NCBI RefSeq assembly: GCF_037042905.1
Contig: NC_087245.1
Location: 10,170,001 to 10,234,000 of the forward strand
DNA from: Lytechinus pictus
Lineage: Eukaryota
Direction of reading: 5' to 3'
Length of the DNA stretch: 64,000 bases
The position numbers were made by a program, and so were the translations under genes. Shown one piece after another: positions 1-12,399 of the stretch (its first letter is position 1; each line of letters starts with the position of its first letter). The notes below the pieces were generated by a model, which saw only the letters and a program-made list of their open reading frames with translations, was not told the origin of the DNA and made no database searches.

Positions 1-78
1 GTAAACCTTGCCCACAGAAGAGCTCTCCTTCCTAAATCTAACCCTATCCAAACGGAAGAAAATGTGTCTGTGTCTTAC

Positions 79-1132
79 CAGCCGAAAAATAGTCATGCAC
101 AAAGATACTGTTGTGTATTGTTGTGGGGAGGGGGGGGGGGTAGTAAATACCACTGCCTTGAAAAGGGGAGGCTCCGGTTAGACCATTGACTTCTAAATTC
201 TGTGATTCACAAAGGCAATGTACAGGGACCACCCAGTTCCAGTAAGCAATGGGATATTGGAAAATCATTTTTGGTTCCTCACTAATTATTGAATCATCCT
301 CTTCATCCATTAGGGGGGAAGTCTACCAGCAATGACATCTGAGATGGAATCGTCATCAGATGGACCATCCAGCTGCCCCTCATCTTTACAGTATGGCGGA
401 GAGCTCAAGCCACCTGTCTCCTCCATGGCAGGAAATCTGAGGGTGGCCAGGTTTTGAAAGGCTTGATAAGGGTCTACACAACTCAGTTGGGACCAAGTTA
501 GCAGACAAGGCCTACAAGACCCCTGTTACTTCTGAAAGTTTCCTACCCGAGACCCGACCGAGTCCACTTGCAACCTTGACTGGATTATTGGTGGCTTAAC
601 TTCTTTCCACTCAAATCAAAGACTTTATCAATCACAATTCACATGTCGCATGCCGCAAAACATTCGAAGAACGACGGGGCTGGGGAGGGGATAGCGTGCG
701 CTATGACGTAATTTGACAGCTGGCAAACGGACCGAGATAGGTTCGAAAGCTTGTGTGCGTTTACATCTACGAATCGGTGGACCGGGGCCGGCCCGATACC
801 TACCCGAGACTACCTCTGGATGTGGTCTCGGGTAGGTTCGCTAAAAGGTGGCCCGAGGTAGGTTTGGGATGTTTACATCTGATTTCTTTCCGACCCGAGG
901 TAGGCCCCGGGCCGGCCCGAGGTAGGGAATCTCTCAGATGTAACAGGGGTCCAAGAGAAGGAGATGTGACCAAAACAAACAGCGGTTCAGGAGCGATGGA
1001 CTCATGACCATAAAGGATTCTGCTTAGCTGTGGCATGAGGTCAAAATAGGGCTTTTAAGACACCAGGATCCGGACACACAGGAATTGACCAATAATGTAA
1101 TAACACAAGTTATCACTCATCTTTCCATTCAC
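79..1132 (-). pseudogene. Candidate large exon of the minus-strand decayed gene, interrupted by a MITE at 518-951
   Basis: Acceptor cttttcacAG at 1134-1133 and donor G|GTAAGA at 78-73. The 3' part is the open ORF 44..310 (MDEEDDSIISEEPK...). Upstream of that every frame has stops, so the reading frame is unresolved. Confidence 0.4.
518..951. mobile_element. PIF/Harbinger-like MITE
   Basis: TIRs GACCCCTGTTACTTCTGAAAG... / ...CTCTCAGATGTAACAGGGGTC. 3-bp TSD CAA at 515-517 and 952-954. Internal CCCGAGGTAGG repeats. Confidence 0.85.
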
Positions 1133-1166
1133 CTGTGAAAAGAGCTCACCAATATATAGGGGGAAG

Positions 1167-2075
1167 CAGGGGCGGATCCAGCTTTCGCCAATAGGGGGGG
1201 CCGAAAAATATTTTCATCAATATTTTTCTCGATTGGCCGCTATAATCTGATTTTTTGGTTGGTTTTTTAGGGGGTAGTCCTAAGTAAAGACTGAAGTTTT
1301 AGTTTTTATTGCTATAAACAAGATAAGGTATCTCATGGGTCTTAATATAAAATGCGAGCGCGAAGCGTGAGCAGAAATTTTAATATAGTAACGTGAAAAG
1401 GGACTCAATAAGGACTGTTCTTAGTGATTAATGGATACAGTATCACCAATTAAATAATGAGTGTGCGAAGCGCGAGCTCAAAATTTTTGATATTCCGACC
1501 TGAAAACTTGACAGTCTAAGCACGTTTTTATTTAGATAAAGAACAAGATGTGTCTCAAACATATAAATGCGAGCGCGAAGCACGAGCTTAAATTTTTCCT
1601 GACATGATAAGGGGCATTTTGAGAAATTTTGGTAAGAATTTCCAAAAAGGATAGGTATCTCACAAATCAAACAATGTGAGCGTGCAGCGCCAGCTAAAAA
1701 TTTTTATATATTATATTAACAATTTGTATAAATCAAACAAAATAATGAAAGCTTGATGCTCGAGCTAAAATATTGTGTGCAAAATTGATTCCAGAACTGG
1801 ACATATTAAGTGCCATTTAATCCTCTTGAATGAGATTCATTACACAGGCAATGCGAGCGCGAGCGAAATTTTTTATATAAATTATATTTTCCAATTCTTC
1901 CCCCACCTTTTTCTTGTTTCCTTTCGAGTCGGGCCGGTCGTTACGAGGCTGTAAATTACACATCATTGGTATAATACCTCTTTCTTACTTTTCTTTCTGT
2001 TTTTCATCGTTTCTATCAAGTTAAAGAGTACACTTTTTTTTCTGCAGGTTGCCAAAAAATCTGGATCCGCGCCTG
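1167..2075. mobile_element. Non-autonomous DNA transposon with hAT-like CAGGGGCGGATCCAG termini
   Basis: TIRs CAGGGGCGGATCCAG / CTGGATCCGCGCCTG. GGAAG flanks both ends (1162-1166, 2076-2080); this is 5 bp, not the 8 bp typical of hAT. An internal GCGAGCGCGAAGCGCGAGC motif recurs about every 108 bp. Confidence 0.7.
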
Positions 2076-2547
2076 GGAAGGGTGCCTTGTCCTCTTTCAT
2101 TTCAGTTCTCACAATTTCTAACATATGGAGAAACAAAATCTTGCCCATCTTTACCACAAGGCCAAACTTTTTGCCAAATATCAGAAGTACTGGTGAAAAA
2201 TTGAGGAAGTTTTTCATACTGAAATATTTTCACATGCAAAAAAATGTGTCTTCCTCAAAACTATGTGTGCCACATTTCATGATCCCCAATAATCATACCT
2301 ACATGTAATTAAACTATGGTAATTCTTTTAGCCATAAAATGTTACCATGCAAAACAATTTTTGACATACATGTATTCCAAAAATGTGTCTAATTACCCCA
2401 TGACCATTGTTTGGGTCAAATTTCCTGAGCATTGGTTAAAACCTAAGGGAGTACTTTGATCTGCAAGATTTGAAATGGACCAACTACCAAACCAGCCACC
2501 TGACCAAACACTAATTGCTATTGCTATATATACTCCTTCAAACTAAC

Positions 2548-2804
2548 TTTGGCAATAATTGACAGAAATGTGGGAAGACTTCTCTCGGCTTGAAAGTCCC
2601 CTCCTCCAGGACATAGCCAGCTTGGAATAAAAGGGCCAAGGCAGAATCTGCCTGGGTCATATCCGAGCAATCGGAATGGGCTGGTCGAGCTGGAACACAA
2701 GTCGAGCTCTCCCACTCAAAGCTGGATGCAATTTTCTCTGATGGGGACCAATGCTGCTTTTCCACAGTTCGACTCCTTATTCAGACCCAATGGTAAGTGG
2801 ACAA
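2548..2804 (-). pseudogene. Candidate exon (257 nt) of the minus-strand decayed gene
   Basis: Acceptor ccttctttgtcAG (2806-2805), donor GTTAGT (2547). GC-richer than its flanks. The phase-1 frame reads VVHLPLGLNKESNCGKAALVPIRENCIQL*VGELDLC... with one TGA. Confidence 0.5.
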
Positions 2805-3124
2805 CTGACAAAGAAGGCCCAAAAATCAAAATATATATGAAATTTTGAATATGCAAATTAATTTATATACAAAGTTTCCTTAAGAGTAAATTGGAAAATG
2901 TTCTTGTATGTCAATTCTTTTTGTTAATCATGCAAACATACAAACTAATTCATTAATATGCAAGAGGTCAAGGGCAAATAACATGCAACATGCAAACTAA
3001 ACAATTTAGATGAAAGAAGATGAAGACTAGTTAATAAACTAATACAAAATAAAAGGCAATAGCATCAAGAAGATAGTAACAAAGCCAATGCCCAACTCGG
3101 CATCAAGGAGGTCTGGAAACATAC

Positions 3125-3442
3125 CAGATAAAGTAAAGGAAAATAATGACTTAAAATTTTCTCTGAACCATAGAATGGGCAAAATAAGGAACCTAAACCT
3201 AAATACTATAAAGCCTCGGAAGGAAAAGGTTAATGACAAAACTATTCAATATCAAGACAGAATTACAACCAATTTAAAAGAAAACCTGGCTGCATGTCAG
3301 TATGGTATCTGATGGTAGATGGAGAATGGAAAGGAATAAATGGTGTCTCATTCTGCTGATGGGAAGATAACTGATAGGGTGCAAGTGACGCCTCAAAGAT
3401 TGTGTTCATTCTTCAGGTAGGCATGCAAGTTAAGAACCTAAC
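3125..3442 (-). pseudogene. Candidate symmetric phase 1-1 exon (318 nt)
   Basis: Acceptor atacctgctAG, donor G|GTATGT, length 106 codons. Six in-frame stops (1 TAG, 5 TGA). The 3' half is the frame of ORF 3039..3239. Confidence 0.5.
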
Positions 3443-3946
3443 CTAGCAGGTATTAAAGTAATGTAAATGCAGACCACTAATCAAAATGATAAGTCATATG
3501 CACATCTGTATATAGTTCACTCCTACAAAGAACAGCCCCAAAACTTTGTTATTCACTAACTTCCTCATAAATCATAACTACATAAATCATAACATAAACT
3601 ATCCCGGCCATGAAGGTGTGTGGAATAATTGTATGATCCCTGCATTTTTTTAATAATTTTGTCAAACATGCAATTTATTTAAGAATCCTAAAGCAAGCTT
3701 TAAAAATAGTTTGTAATAACAAGTGCATACTCACGTTTAGCCCTGAAGTCCACAAAGCCCCAATAACCTACTCTAAGTACATGTATGTAGAATACCATTT
3801 GGATAATTTTTTTGAAGTACAGCCTTGCCAAATATTGCCATGTTACAGAAGTCATGACATAAAAAGGATGTATTCTACATTTTTTGGCCAACGCTAAAAA
3901 TCCCATAAAAAATAATGGCAAATGCTTTTAAACATGACTTTCTTAC

Positions 3947-4107
3947 CACCCTAATCCAATGAAATTTGCTTCTCATCCATCCAGTGTCGAAACCTGATGC
4001 CTGTGTCCTCACAGTCTAGGTGACAAGCAGGGTCCAAGAGAGGAATTGATGACCTCAAAAACAGAATACATTCTGCATCATCTTCACATGAAATGCCTGA
4101 GATTGCC
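3947..4107 (-). pseudogene. Exon (161 nt), paralogue of 32268-32424
   Basis: Acceptor tcttttcttctactccatcAG, donor G|GTAAGA. Reads AISGISCEDDAECILFLRSSIPLLDPACHLDCEDTGIRFRHWMDEKQISLD*G. Clear nucleotide homology to 32268-32424, including both splice sites. Confidence 0.75.
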
Positions 4108-4539
4108 CTGATGGAGTAGAAGAAAAGAGAAAAATGTTAAGCCCAGTAACCCATAGGGGCATGAGGGTGATATGTAGTATGAATATGGACCAGAGGACTA
4201 CTGTCAACAGAACCGAAGGATTTTTCCAGGGGGGGGGACAAAATCAAGAGAATCAGGACAAACATGATCTTACACTGGTGGATTCAGGTGGGGGTGGGGA
4301 TGCACACCCCTTTTAGATTGAAAGATCAATTTACGGATAGCTTCAGTGAAGAAAAAGACAATTTTGGTGACAAAGCAATATTTAAGGGGTCGCTTTCCAT
4401 TTTAAAATTATGTTTTCAAAATTGTTTTAATAGATCTTTAAGCATTTTCAATCTATGAAATTAATTTGTAATGTCCTGAATTAGAATTATGATTTTTGGC
4501 TAGATTTATTTATAAAATAGAAGTATCACTGAAAGTGAT

Positions 4540-5328
4540 TAATACACATGCCCTATGCCATTTCCATGGTTTCCCACATGTTTAGAAAATCAGTCTTGCA
4601 TGTCTTCACCCTAAGATGAACGTATATGGCAACTTGCATGAGCACTAGCAAAAAAAATACAAAAGGGATCCTAAATAAGGTTTCCAGGTTTTGGGCAATA
4701 TGTGGTTACCATATATGGTGAAACAATTTTTTTTTCTTTGGACAAATTCAAAATATGTACTGCACATCTGTAGCTCACAACAAATGAGTAAGCCAAATTT
4801 CATGAGAATTATTCAAAAACTGATGAAGTAGTTTAAACTACAAGATTTTTACCTAACTTTTGGCTTTATATGTTGTTACCATGGCAACACAATTTCCGAG
4901 ACACACAAAATATGTCTCGCAACATATTTACTTCAAAACCAATGTTTGTGCCCAATTTCATAAGCTGTTGAAAACTGATGAAGTGGTTTGAACCACAAGA
5001 TTATTCCTTAATTTATCACCCTATATGCCGTTACCATGGCAACACAACACACATAAAAAAGTCTTGCACATCTTTACATCAAGACCAATGGGCATGTTAA
5101 TTTTATCAGTATTGGTTAAAAACTGAGTTAAAGCAAGATTTTTACCTAATTTTTACAATATATTGTGACCATGGCAACACAATTTCCGACACATGCGGAA
5201 AATATGTCTTGCAAATAATTACCCTAATACTAATGAGTGTTTCTAATGTCATAAGAGGTACAGAAATTGCAGATTGACCATACACAGATTCCTACCCTTC
5301 AAACTTCTTTTGGTGGGAGTATAATAAG
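4540..5328. mobile_element. Degraded HINE/Helentron-type element with ~135-155-bp tandem core repeats
   Basis: Core repeat containing GTTACCATGGCAACAC at 4875, 5030 and 5165 (variant). A related remnant lies at about 2180-2480. Confidence 0.5.
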
Positions 5329-5665
5329 ACCATTCTGGTGACAAAGCAAAATCTAATGGGGTTGTTTTTCATATTTTGATACTTTTTCAAACATGAATTT
5401 AATCTTTGAAAAAATTGAATATCCTGAACTATAGTTATTATGATAAACAGATCGGTTTGTCACCAAAATGGCCATTTATGAAAAAGACCATTTTTGTGAC
5501 AAACAAAACAAATTTAGTTTTGTTTTCAACATTTTTTCTTCTTTATAAAACTTGCAGCTTTTAATCTATGAAGTTAATTTTTGAAAGTCATGATTTATTA
5601 TTATGTTTGGATAGCCTTAGTTCTGAAAGACACTAGTGACAAAGTAAAATGAATAAGACCATTTT

Positions 5666-5834
5666 GGGCCCCGTCTTACAAATAATTACAATTGATTCGA
5701 ACAATCATAACTCTATGGAAGTCCATCAGTGTCATAATTTTTTCAAAGAAAAATTCGCACAATGTCCTTTGTATGCAAAGAGAAGTGCTAAGAATTTTCA
5801 AGAAAACAATGAATGCATGAACATACATCATAGC
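5666..5834. mobile_element. Truncated Harbinger-like MITE, inverted relative to 6563-6816
   Basis: GGGCCCCGTCTTACAAA...CTCTATGGAAGTCCATCAGTGTCATAA matches the reverse complement of about 6650-6816. Confidence 0.75.
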
Positions 5835-5863
5835 TGCCCTTCCTCTGCTTTCCCAGTTTTCAT

Positions 5864-6000
5864 TTTTCGGAATAACGAATCTTCGGAATAAAGAACCTTA
5901 CTTCGTTTTCGGATTAACGAACCTTCGGAATAACGAATCTTATTTCGCTTTCGGATGAACGAACCTTCGGAACAACGAACCTTATTTCGTTTTCGGATTA
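5864..6000. repeat. Minisatellite of TTCGGAATAACGAACC subunits (~40-bp period)
   Basis: About 3.5 copies of TTTTCGGATTAACGAACCTTCGGAATAACGAATCTTATTTCG. Confidence 0.85.
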
Positions 6001-6113
6001 TTAGAAATTAAAAAAGGGGCCTACATAATCTTAGGGATCTCAATTTTAAAGCAGCCATATCTACTGTTATTGTTTAATGCCCTGAACTAAAATTTTCTTT
6101 TTGATAGCCTTAA

Positions 6114-6551
6114 CCCTTTGAACCATGAATTATTTGGGACGGTCGTGACCCTCGCCCATAATTATTTGCTGATATCAAGCTTATCAGCAAATTTAATAAT
6201 TACATGACATTTGAAATAGCTATTCTCATGATTTAAGCCCAAGCCATGCCAGTGGCACCATCCGCTGGTACCCCACCTGGCCAAGTTAACGTTGCCTCAA
6301 AATCACTGCTTTGACATAATTGAAATTCATCAATTTGTGTGTTATTGCACAAGCCTCCACATATATTTTGGCCATTGTTGATGCTAAAAACCTTACAAAT
6401 GAAAGTCATTTATCAATGAATTATAAACTGACGGTACCGAATGAATATCTCCAAGATGAGTTCATTTTTAAAAGGTCACGTGACTTATAAAACCTTTGCT
6501 TTTCGAATAACATGACTTGATGCCGGTATTTTGGCTTTCGGTTCAGAGTGT
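6114..6551. mobile_element. Degenerate piggyBac-like MITE
   Basis: TTAA|CCCTTTGAACC at the left end and GGTTCAGAGTGT|TTAA at the right. Its 3' half recurs at about 7149-7355 and in the triplication. Confidence 0.5.
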
Positions 6552-6562
6552 TTAAACTTCTG

Positions 6563-6816
6563 GGCTCCGTCTTTGACTTAAGTAAAATTCATCAATTTGG
6601 ACAGCCAGCAACGTCAACATATAAAATGCATGTTGTTAAAAAAAAATTCTAGATATAAATGTATATCCATAAATTCCTAATTTCTTGACAATTTTGTGTG
6701 TTCTCCTATGTATACAAAAGACATTGTGCAAATTTTTGGTAGAAAACATTATGACACTGATGGATTTCCATAGAGTTACGATTCAATTCAATCGTAACTC
6801 TTTGTAAGTCGGAGCC
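6563..6816. mobile_element. Harbinger-like MITE
   Basis: TIRs GGCTCCGTCTT / AAGTCGGAGCC, TSD CTG (6560-6562, 6817-6819), and a subterminal hairpin AGAGTTACGATT...AATCGTAACTCT. Confidence 0.75.
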
Positions 6817-9800
6817 CTGATCTTTCATCTTTTTGGATAACTTTACTTCTAAAAAGACCATTTTCATAAAAATCAAGCTATAGTGTTTTTTTATTGTCAT
6901 TTGTGGTTTTGCAACATTGTGCTTTATTAAAACTTGAAGCTTTTAATCTATGAAAAAATAATGTCCTGAAGTAAATTATGATTTACAGATAAGCTTATTT
7001 ATGAAAAAGACCCTTTGGGTGACAAACCAAAATTTTGTGCTGCTCTTTTTTTTTTCTTTTTTTATAATTTATTTCAATATGGGGGACTTTCTTATATAGA
7101 AGCTTTTTAATTAAAAGAAAGCACAGTTTATATACGACTTACCGTGTATTATTGCACAAGCCTCCACATATATTTTGGCCATTGTTTATGCTAAAACCTT
7201 ACAAATGAAAGTCATTTATCGACAAATTATAAACTGACGTTATCAAATGAATATCTCCAAAAAATTTTAAAAGGTCATCTGACATATATAAGCCTTGCTT
7301 TTTGAGAAACATGATTTGATGCAGGTATTCTGGCTTGCGGGTTCAAAGAGTCAATAATTTTTAAAGGCCATTTTTGTGACAAAGCAAATTTTTCTCTTTG
7401 TTGTGGGGGGGGGGGGGGGCTCATACACTGTGCTGTAATAAAAACTTGAAGCATTTAATCTATGAGAACAAATAAATGTCTTGAACTATAATTATAATTT
7501 ACAGATAGGATTATTTAAAAAAAACGTATTGGTGACAAAGCTTAAGTTTGTGCGACTGTTCTTCATTTTTTGCTACGTTTTCAAAGTTGAAGTTATTTGG
7601 TGACAAACCAGAATTTTGAGGTGTTCTTTTATTAATTTGTTTATTTCATTTCAATATTGAGGATTTTTCTTTTATATGTAACAAACTCTTTCAACTAAAG
7701 ATGACTTTTCATGGCAAAGTAAGGGGTCATTTTTGTTTTCTCAAGATAAATAACATGTGCTCTTTGTTTTGCCACTTAAATTCTTGCATAAAATGACTCT
7801 GGATAAGGAAAAAAAACATTTTAAAGAGTAAATCCACCCAACTCAAGTTGATTTGAATAAAAACAGAATGACCAAACAAGAAAAAACGCTGTATTTTATA
7901 TGAATTCTGAGCCATTTTTTACTCTCATTATATGAAGAAAAAAAACACTAGGAATTGCATGTCATTTCTGCAACCTATTGAGATTCAATACAGATGCTTC
8001 CTTGCGGTCAAAACTGCAGAAATAAATATTGTATAAATGTATTTCATAATAAAATATGAGATTTCCAGAGTTCTTTGTAAGTTGGAGCCCTGATCTTTGA
8101 ACCTAATTTTGAATGTCTTTATCTGAAATTATGATTTTCCTATAACTTCAGTTATAAAAAAAAACATTTTGGTGGCAAATCTAAATTTTGTGGAGTTGTT
8201 TTCATTTATATTTATGTTTTCAAAGTTCTAACATTATGTTTTAAAAAACTTAGGGCTTTTAATCTATGAAGATATTTCTAATGTCCCGAACTATAATTGT
8301 TTTTGGATAGCTTTACTTCTAAAAAAGACCATTTTCATAAAAAATCAAGCTATAGTGTTTTTTTATTTTCATTTGTGGTTTTGCAACATTGTGCTTTATT
8401 AAAACTTGAAGCTTTTAATCTATGAAAAAATAATGTCCTGAAGTAAATTATGATTTACAGATAAGCTTATTTATGAAAAAGACCCTTTGGGTGACAAACC
8501 AAAATTTTGTGCTGCTCTTTTTTTTTTCTTTTTTTATAATTTATTTCAATATGGGGGACTTTCTTATATAGAAGCTTTTCAATTAAAAGAAAGCATAGTC
8601 TATATACGACTTACCGTGTATTATTGCACAAGCCTCCACATATATTTTGGCCATTGTTTGTAAATGAAAGTAATTTATCGACAAATTATAAACTGACGTT
8701 ATCAAATGAATATCTCCAAAAAATTTTAAAAGGTCATCTGACATATATAAGCCTTGCTTTTTGAGAAACATGATTTGATGCAGGTATTCTGGCTTGCGGG
8801 TTCAAAGAGTCAATAATTTTTAAAGGCCATTTTTGTGACAAAGCAAATTTTTCTCTTTGTTGTGGGGGGGGGCTCTTACACTGTGCTGTAATAAAAACTT
8901 GAAGCATTTAATCTATGAGAACAAATAAAAATGTCTTGAACTATAATTATAATTTACAGATAGGATTATTAAAAAAAACGTATTGGTGACAAAGCTAAAG
9001 TTTGTGCGACTGTTCTTCATTTTTTGCTATGTTTTCAAAGTTGAAGTTATTTGGTGACAAACCAGAATTTTGAGGTGTTCTTTTATTAATTTGTTTATTT
9101 CATTTCAATATTGAGGATTTTTCTTTTATATGTAACAAACTCTTTTAACTAAAGATGACTTTTCATGGCAAAGTAAGGGGTCATTTTTGTTTTCTCAAGA
9201 TAAATAACATGTGCTCTTTGTTTTGCCACTTAAATTCTTGCATAAAATGACTCTGGATAAGGAAAAAAAAACATTTTAAAGAGTAAATCCACCCAACTCA
9301 AGTTGATTTGAATAAAAACAGAATGACCAAACAAGAAAAACGCTGTATTTTATATGAATTCTGAGCCATTTTTTACTCTCATTATATGAAGAAAAAAAAC
9401 ACTAGGAATTGCATGTCATTTCTGCAACCTATTGAGATTCAATACAGATGCTTCCTTGCGGTCAAAACTGCAGAAATAAATATTGTATAAATATATTTCA
9501 TAATAAAATATGAGATTTCCGGAGTTCTTTGTAAGTCGGAGCCCTGATCTTTGAACCTAATTTTGAATGTCTTTATCTGAAATTATGATTTTCCTATAAC
9601 TTCATATATAAAAAAAAAACATTTCGGTGGCAAATCTAAATTTTGTGGAGTTGTTTTCATTTATATTTATGTTTTCAAAGTTCTAACATTATGTTTTAAA
9701 AAACTTAGGGCTTTTAATCTATGAAGATATTTCTAATGTCCCGAACTATAATTGTTTTTGGATAGCTTTACTTCTAAAAAAGACCATTTTCATAAAAAAG

Positions 9801-10997
9801 CAAGCTATAGTGTTTTTTTATTTTCATTTGTGGTTTTGCAACATTGTGCTTTATTAAAACTTGAAGCTTTTAATCTATGAAAAAATAATGTCCTGAAGTA
9901 AATTATGATTTACAGATAAGCTTATTTATGAAAAAGACCCTTTGGGTGACAAACCTAAATTTTGTGCTGCTCTTTTTTTTTTCTTTTTTTATAATCTATT
10001 TCAATATGGGGGACTTTCTTATATAGAAGCTTTTTAATTAAAAGAAAGCATAGTCTATATACGACTTACCGTGTATTATTGCACAAGCCTCCACATATAT
10101 TTTGGCCATTGTTTATGCTAAAACCTTACAAATGAAAGTCATTTATCAACAAATTATAAACTGACGTTATCAAATGAATATCTCCAAAAAATTTTAAAAG
10201 GTCATCTGACATATATAAGCCTTGCTTTTTGAGAAACATGATTTGATGCAGGTATTCTGGCTTGCGGGTTCAAAGAGTCAATAATTTTTAAAGGCCATTT
10301 TTGTGACAAAGCAAATTTTTCTCTTTGTTGTGGGGGGGGGGGCTCATACACTGTGCTGTAATAAAAACTTGAAGCATTTAATCTATGAGAACAAATAAAT
10401 GTCTTGAACTATAATTATAATTTACAGATAGGATTATTAAAAAAAAACGTATTGGTGACAAAGCTTAAGTTTGTGCGACTGTTCTTCATTTTTTGCTATG
10501 TTTTCAAAGTTGAAGTTATTTGGTGACAAACCAGAATTTTGAGGTGTTCTTTTATTAATTTGTTTATTTCATTTCAATATTGAGGATTTTTCTTTTATAT
10601 GTAACAAACTCTTTTAACTAAAGATGACTTTTCATGGCAAAGTAAGGGGTCATTTTTGTTTTCTCAAGATAAATAACATGTGCTCTTTGTTTTGCCACTT
10701 AAATTCTTGCATAAAATGACTCTGGATAAGGAAAAAAAAACATTTTAAAGAGTAAATCCACCCAACTCAAGTTGATTTGAATAAAAACAGAATGACCAAA
10801 CAAGAAAAACGCTGTATTTTATATGAGTTCTGAGCCATTTTTTCACTCTCATTATATGAAGAAAAAAAACACTAGGAATTGCATGTCATTTCTGCAACCT
10901 ATTGAGATTCAATACAGATGCTTCCTTGTGGTCAAAACTGCAGAAATAAATATTGTATAAATGTATTTCATAATAAAATATGAGATTTCCAGAGTTC
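6799..10997. repeat. Recent tandem triplication of a ~1.45-kb unit
   Basis: Near-identical units at about 6799-8072, 8073-9525 and 9526-10997. Marker TTTTGGATARCTTTACTTCT at 6831, 8301 and 9756. The first unit lacks about 200 bp. Confidence 0.95.
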
Positions 10998-11744
10998 AGC
11001 TTGGTGACATTTATACTGTATATGCCTTTTGGTGATATTTCTCAGCTGACAACGCTAGACCTCATTTATCGCCAGGCAGAGTTTAAATAACATAATATAG
11101 TCATAATTTTGACTGGTTTGGTATTCTTTCCAAGAATTAATTAGGGTCTTTTGGGGGGAATATATTTTGGAGTAAAAAATGATTCTGAAAATTGCTTAAA
11201 TTACTGTCTTTCCTCTCTGCTCATGCTTGTCAATCTTTCCACAGAATAGAATGGAAATTGTCCATTTTAAATTATTTATCATTTCAATTCTTTTACCATA
11301 TTCAAAATTCAATAGTCATTATTGTTATTTCCATGTTGTATTACCTCACATGAAATCACTAACTAATCAAAACACATGTCATTATTGTATATTTCAAATT
11401 ATATCTTTATTTTCATTTATATGTTCGTTATACGCTTATTTGAATTTTTCATGATTTTTTTTCTTCATTTTTTATGTAATAAAAAAGGAGTGATGGTATA
11501 AAGTCTCTAAAAGTATTAAAAAAGATAAAAGGTGAATTGGGTATCCCCTAGATAAAAATGAATAGCAAGTGATTTAAAAGAAGAGCTAAAAGCAACTAAG
11601 TAATAAAAAAAGAGTTAATTTTTTTTTTACTCATTACTTTATCAATGATTTTGTTGAATTGTTGCCTTTTGGTTGTTAATTGTTCCCTTCTGCCATTCTG
11701 GTAATTAATGACATTGTCTCATATAGAACTAGTTTAAATTTTTA

Positions 11745-12165
11745 TACAGGCTTCCTGGGATCCATGCTAGTATCATACACACCAAATTATATGAGCCTAG
11801 GTTAAGTTGAACTTAAGTTATCTTGTTTACAATGAATGCAGAAGGGTAAGATGAAAATACCCACTGTGACCTTGGCCTTCGACGTTTTGACCTCAAAATT
11901 AATAGGCTTCCTGGGATCCATGCTAGTATCATACACACCAAATTATATGAGCCTAGGTTAAGTTCAACTGAAGTTATCACGTTTACAAGGACTGCAGAAG
12001 GATACGATGAAAATATGTCACCGTGACCTTGACCTTTGGACCTCAAAATCAATAGACTTCCTGGGATCTATGCTAGTATATCATACATACAAAATTATAT
12101 GAGCCTAGGTTAAGCTGAAGTTATCGCGTTTACAAGGAAAAATTAATGGAAGGACGGATGGGCGC
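11745..12165. mobile_element. HINE/Helentron-type remnant with ~150-157-bp tandem core repeat
   Basis: About 2.6 copies of AGGCTTCCTGGGATCCATGCTAG...TGACCTTGACCTTTG, ending in a GGACGG microsatellite-like tract. Confidence 0.7.
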
Positions 12166-12399
12166 AAAAAAGAAAACATCTAATTTGATGTTTTTTTGGC
12201 CCAGATTACAAATCCAGGCATTGAGAGAGAACATACATGTAAGGCAGATTTTGTGTTGTTTTAGTAAGCAACCCTCAAAAACCAATTTATTTGGTTGTTA
12301 TCTGACTGAATGAATAATTGCCAATACCTTAAAAGAGATTTTAGGGATAGGGGTTACTACTGGATACCAATATGCAAAAAACATTCCCAAGATAAATAC

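Larger units (their letters stand above)
4340..10560. repeat. Old degenerate tandem repeat (~120-160 bp) forming the background of the region
   Basis: Motifs GACCATTTTGGTGACAAAGCAA, TTTTAATCTATGAA and TGTCCTGAA recur at about 4357, 5328, 5487, 7009, 7368, 7529, 7597 and 8167, interrupted by younger elements. Confidence 0.45.

Noticed and set aside
12350..12368. 19-bp exact inverted match to 42390-42408 (GGGGTTACTACTGGATACC)
   Set aside because: Homology does not visibly extend and no TSD or element structure links the sites; probably fragments of a dispersed repeat.
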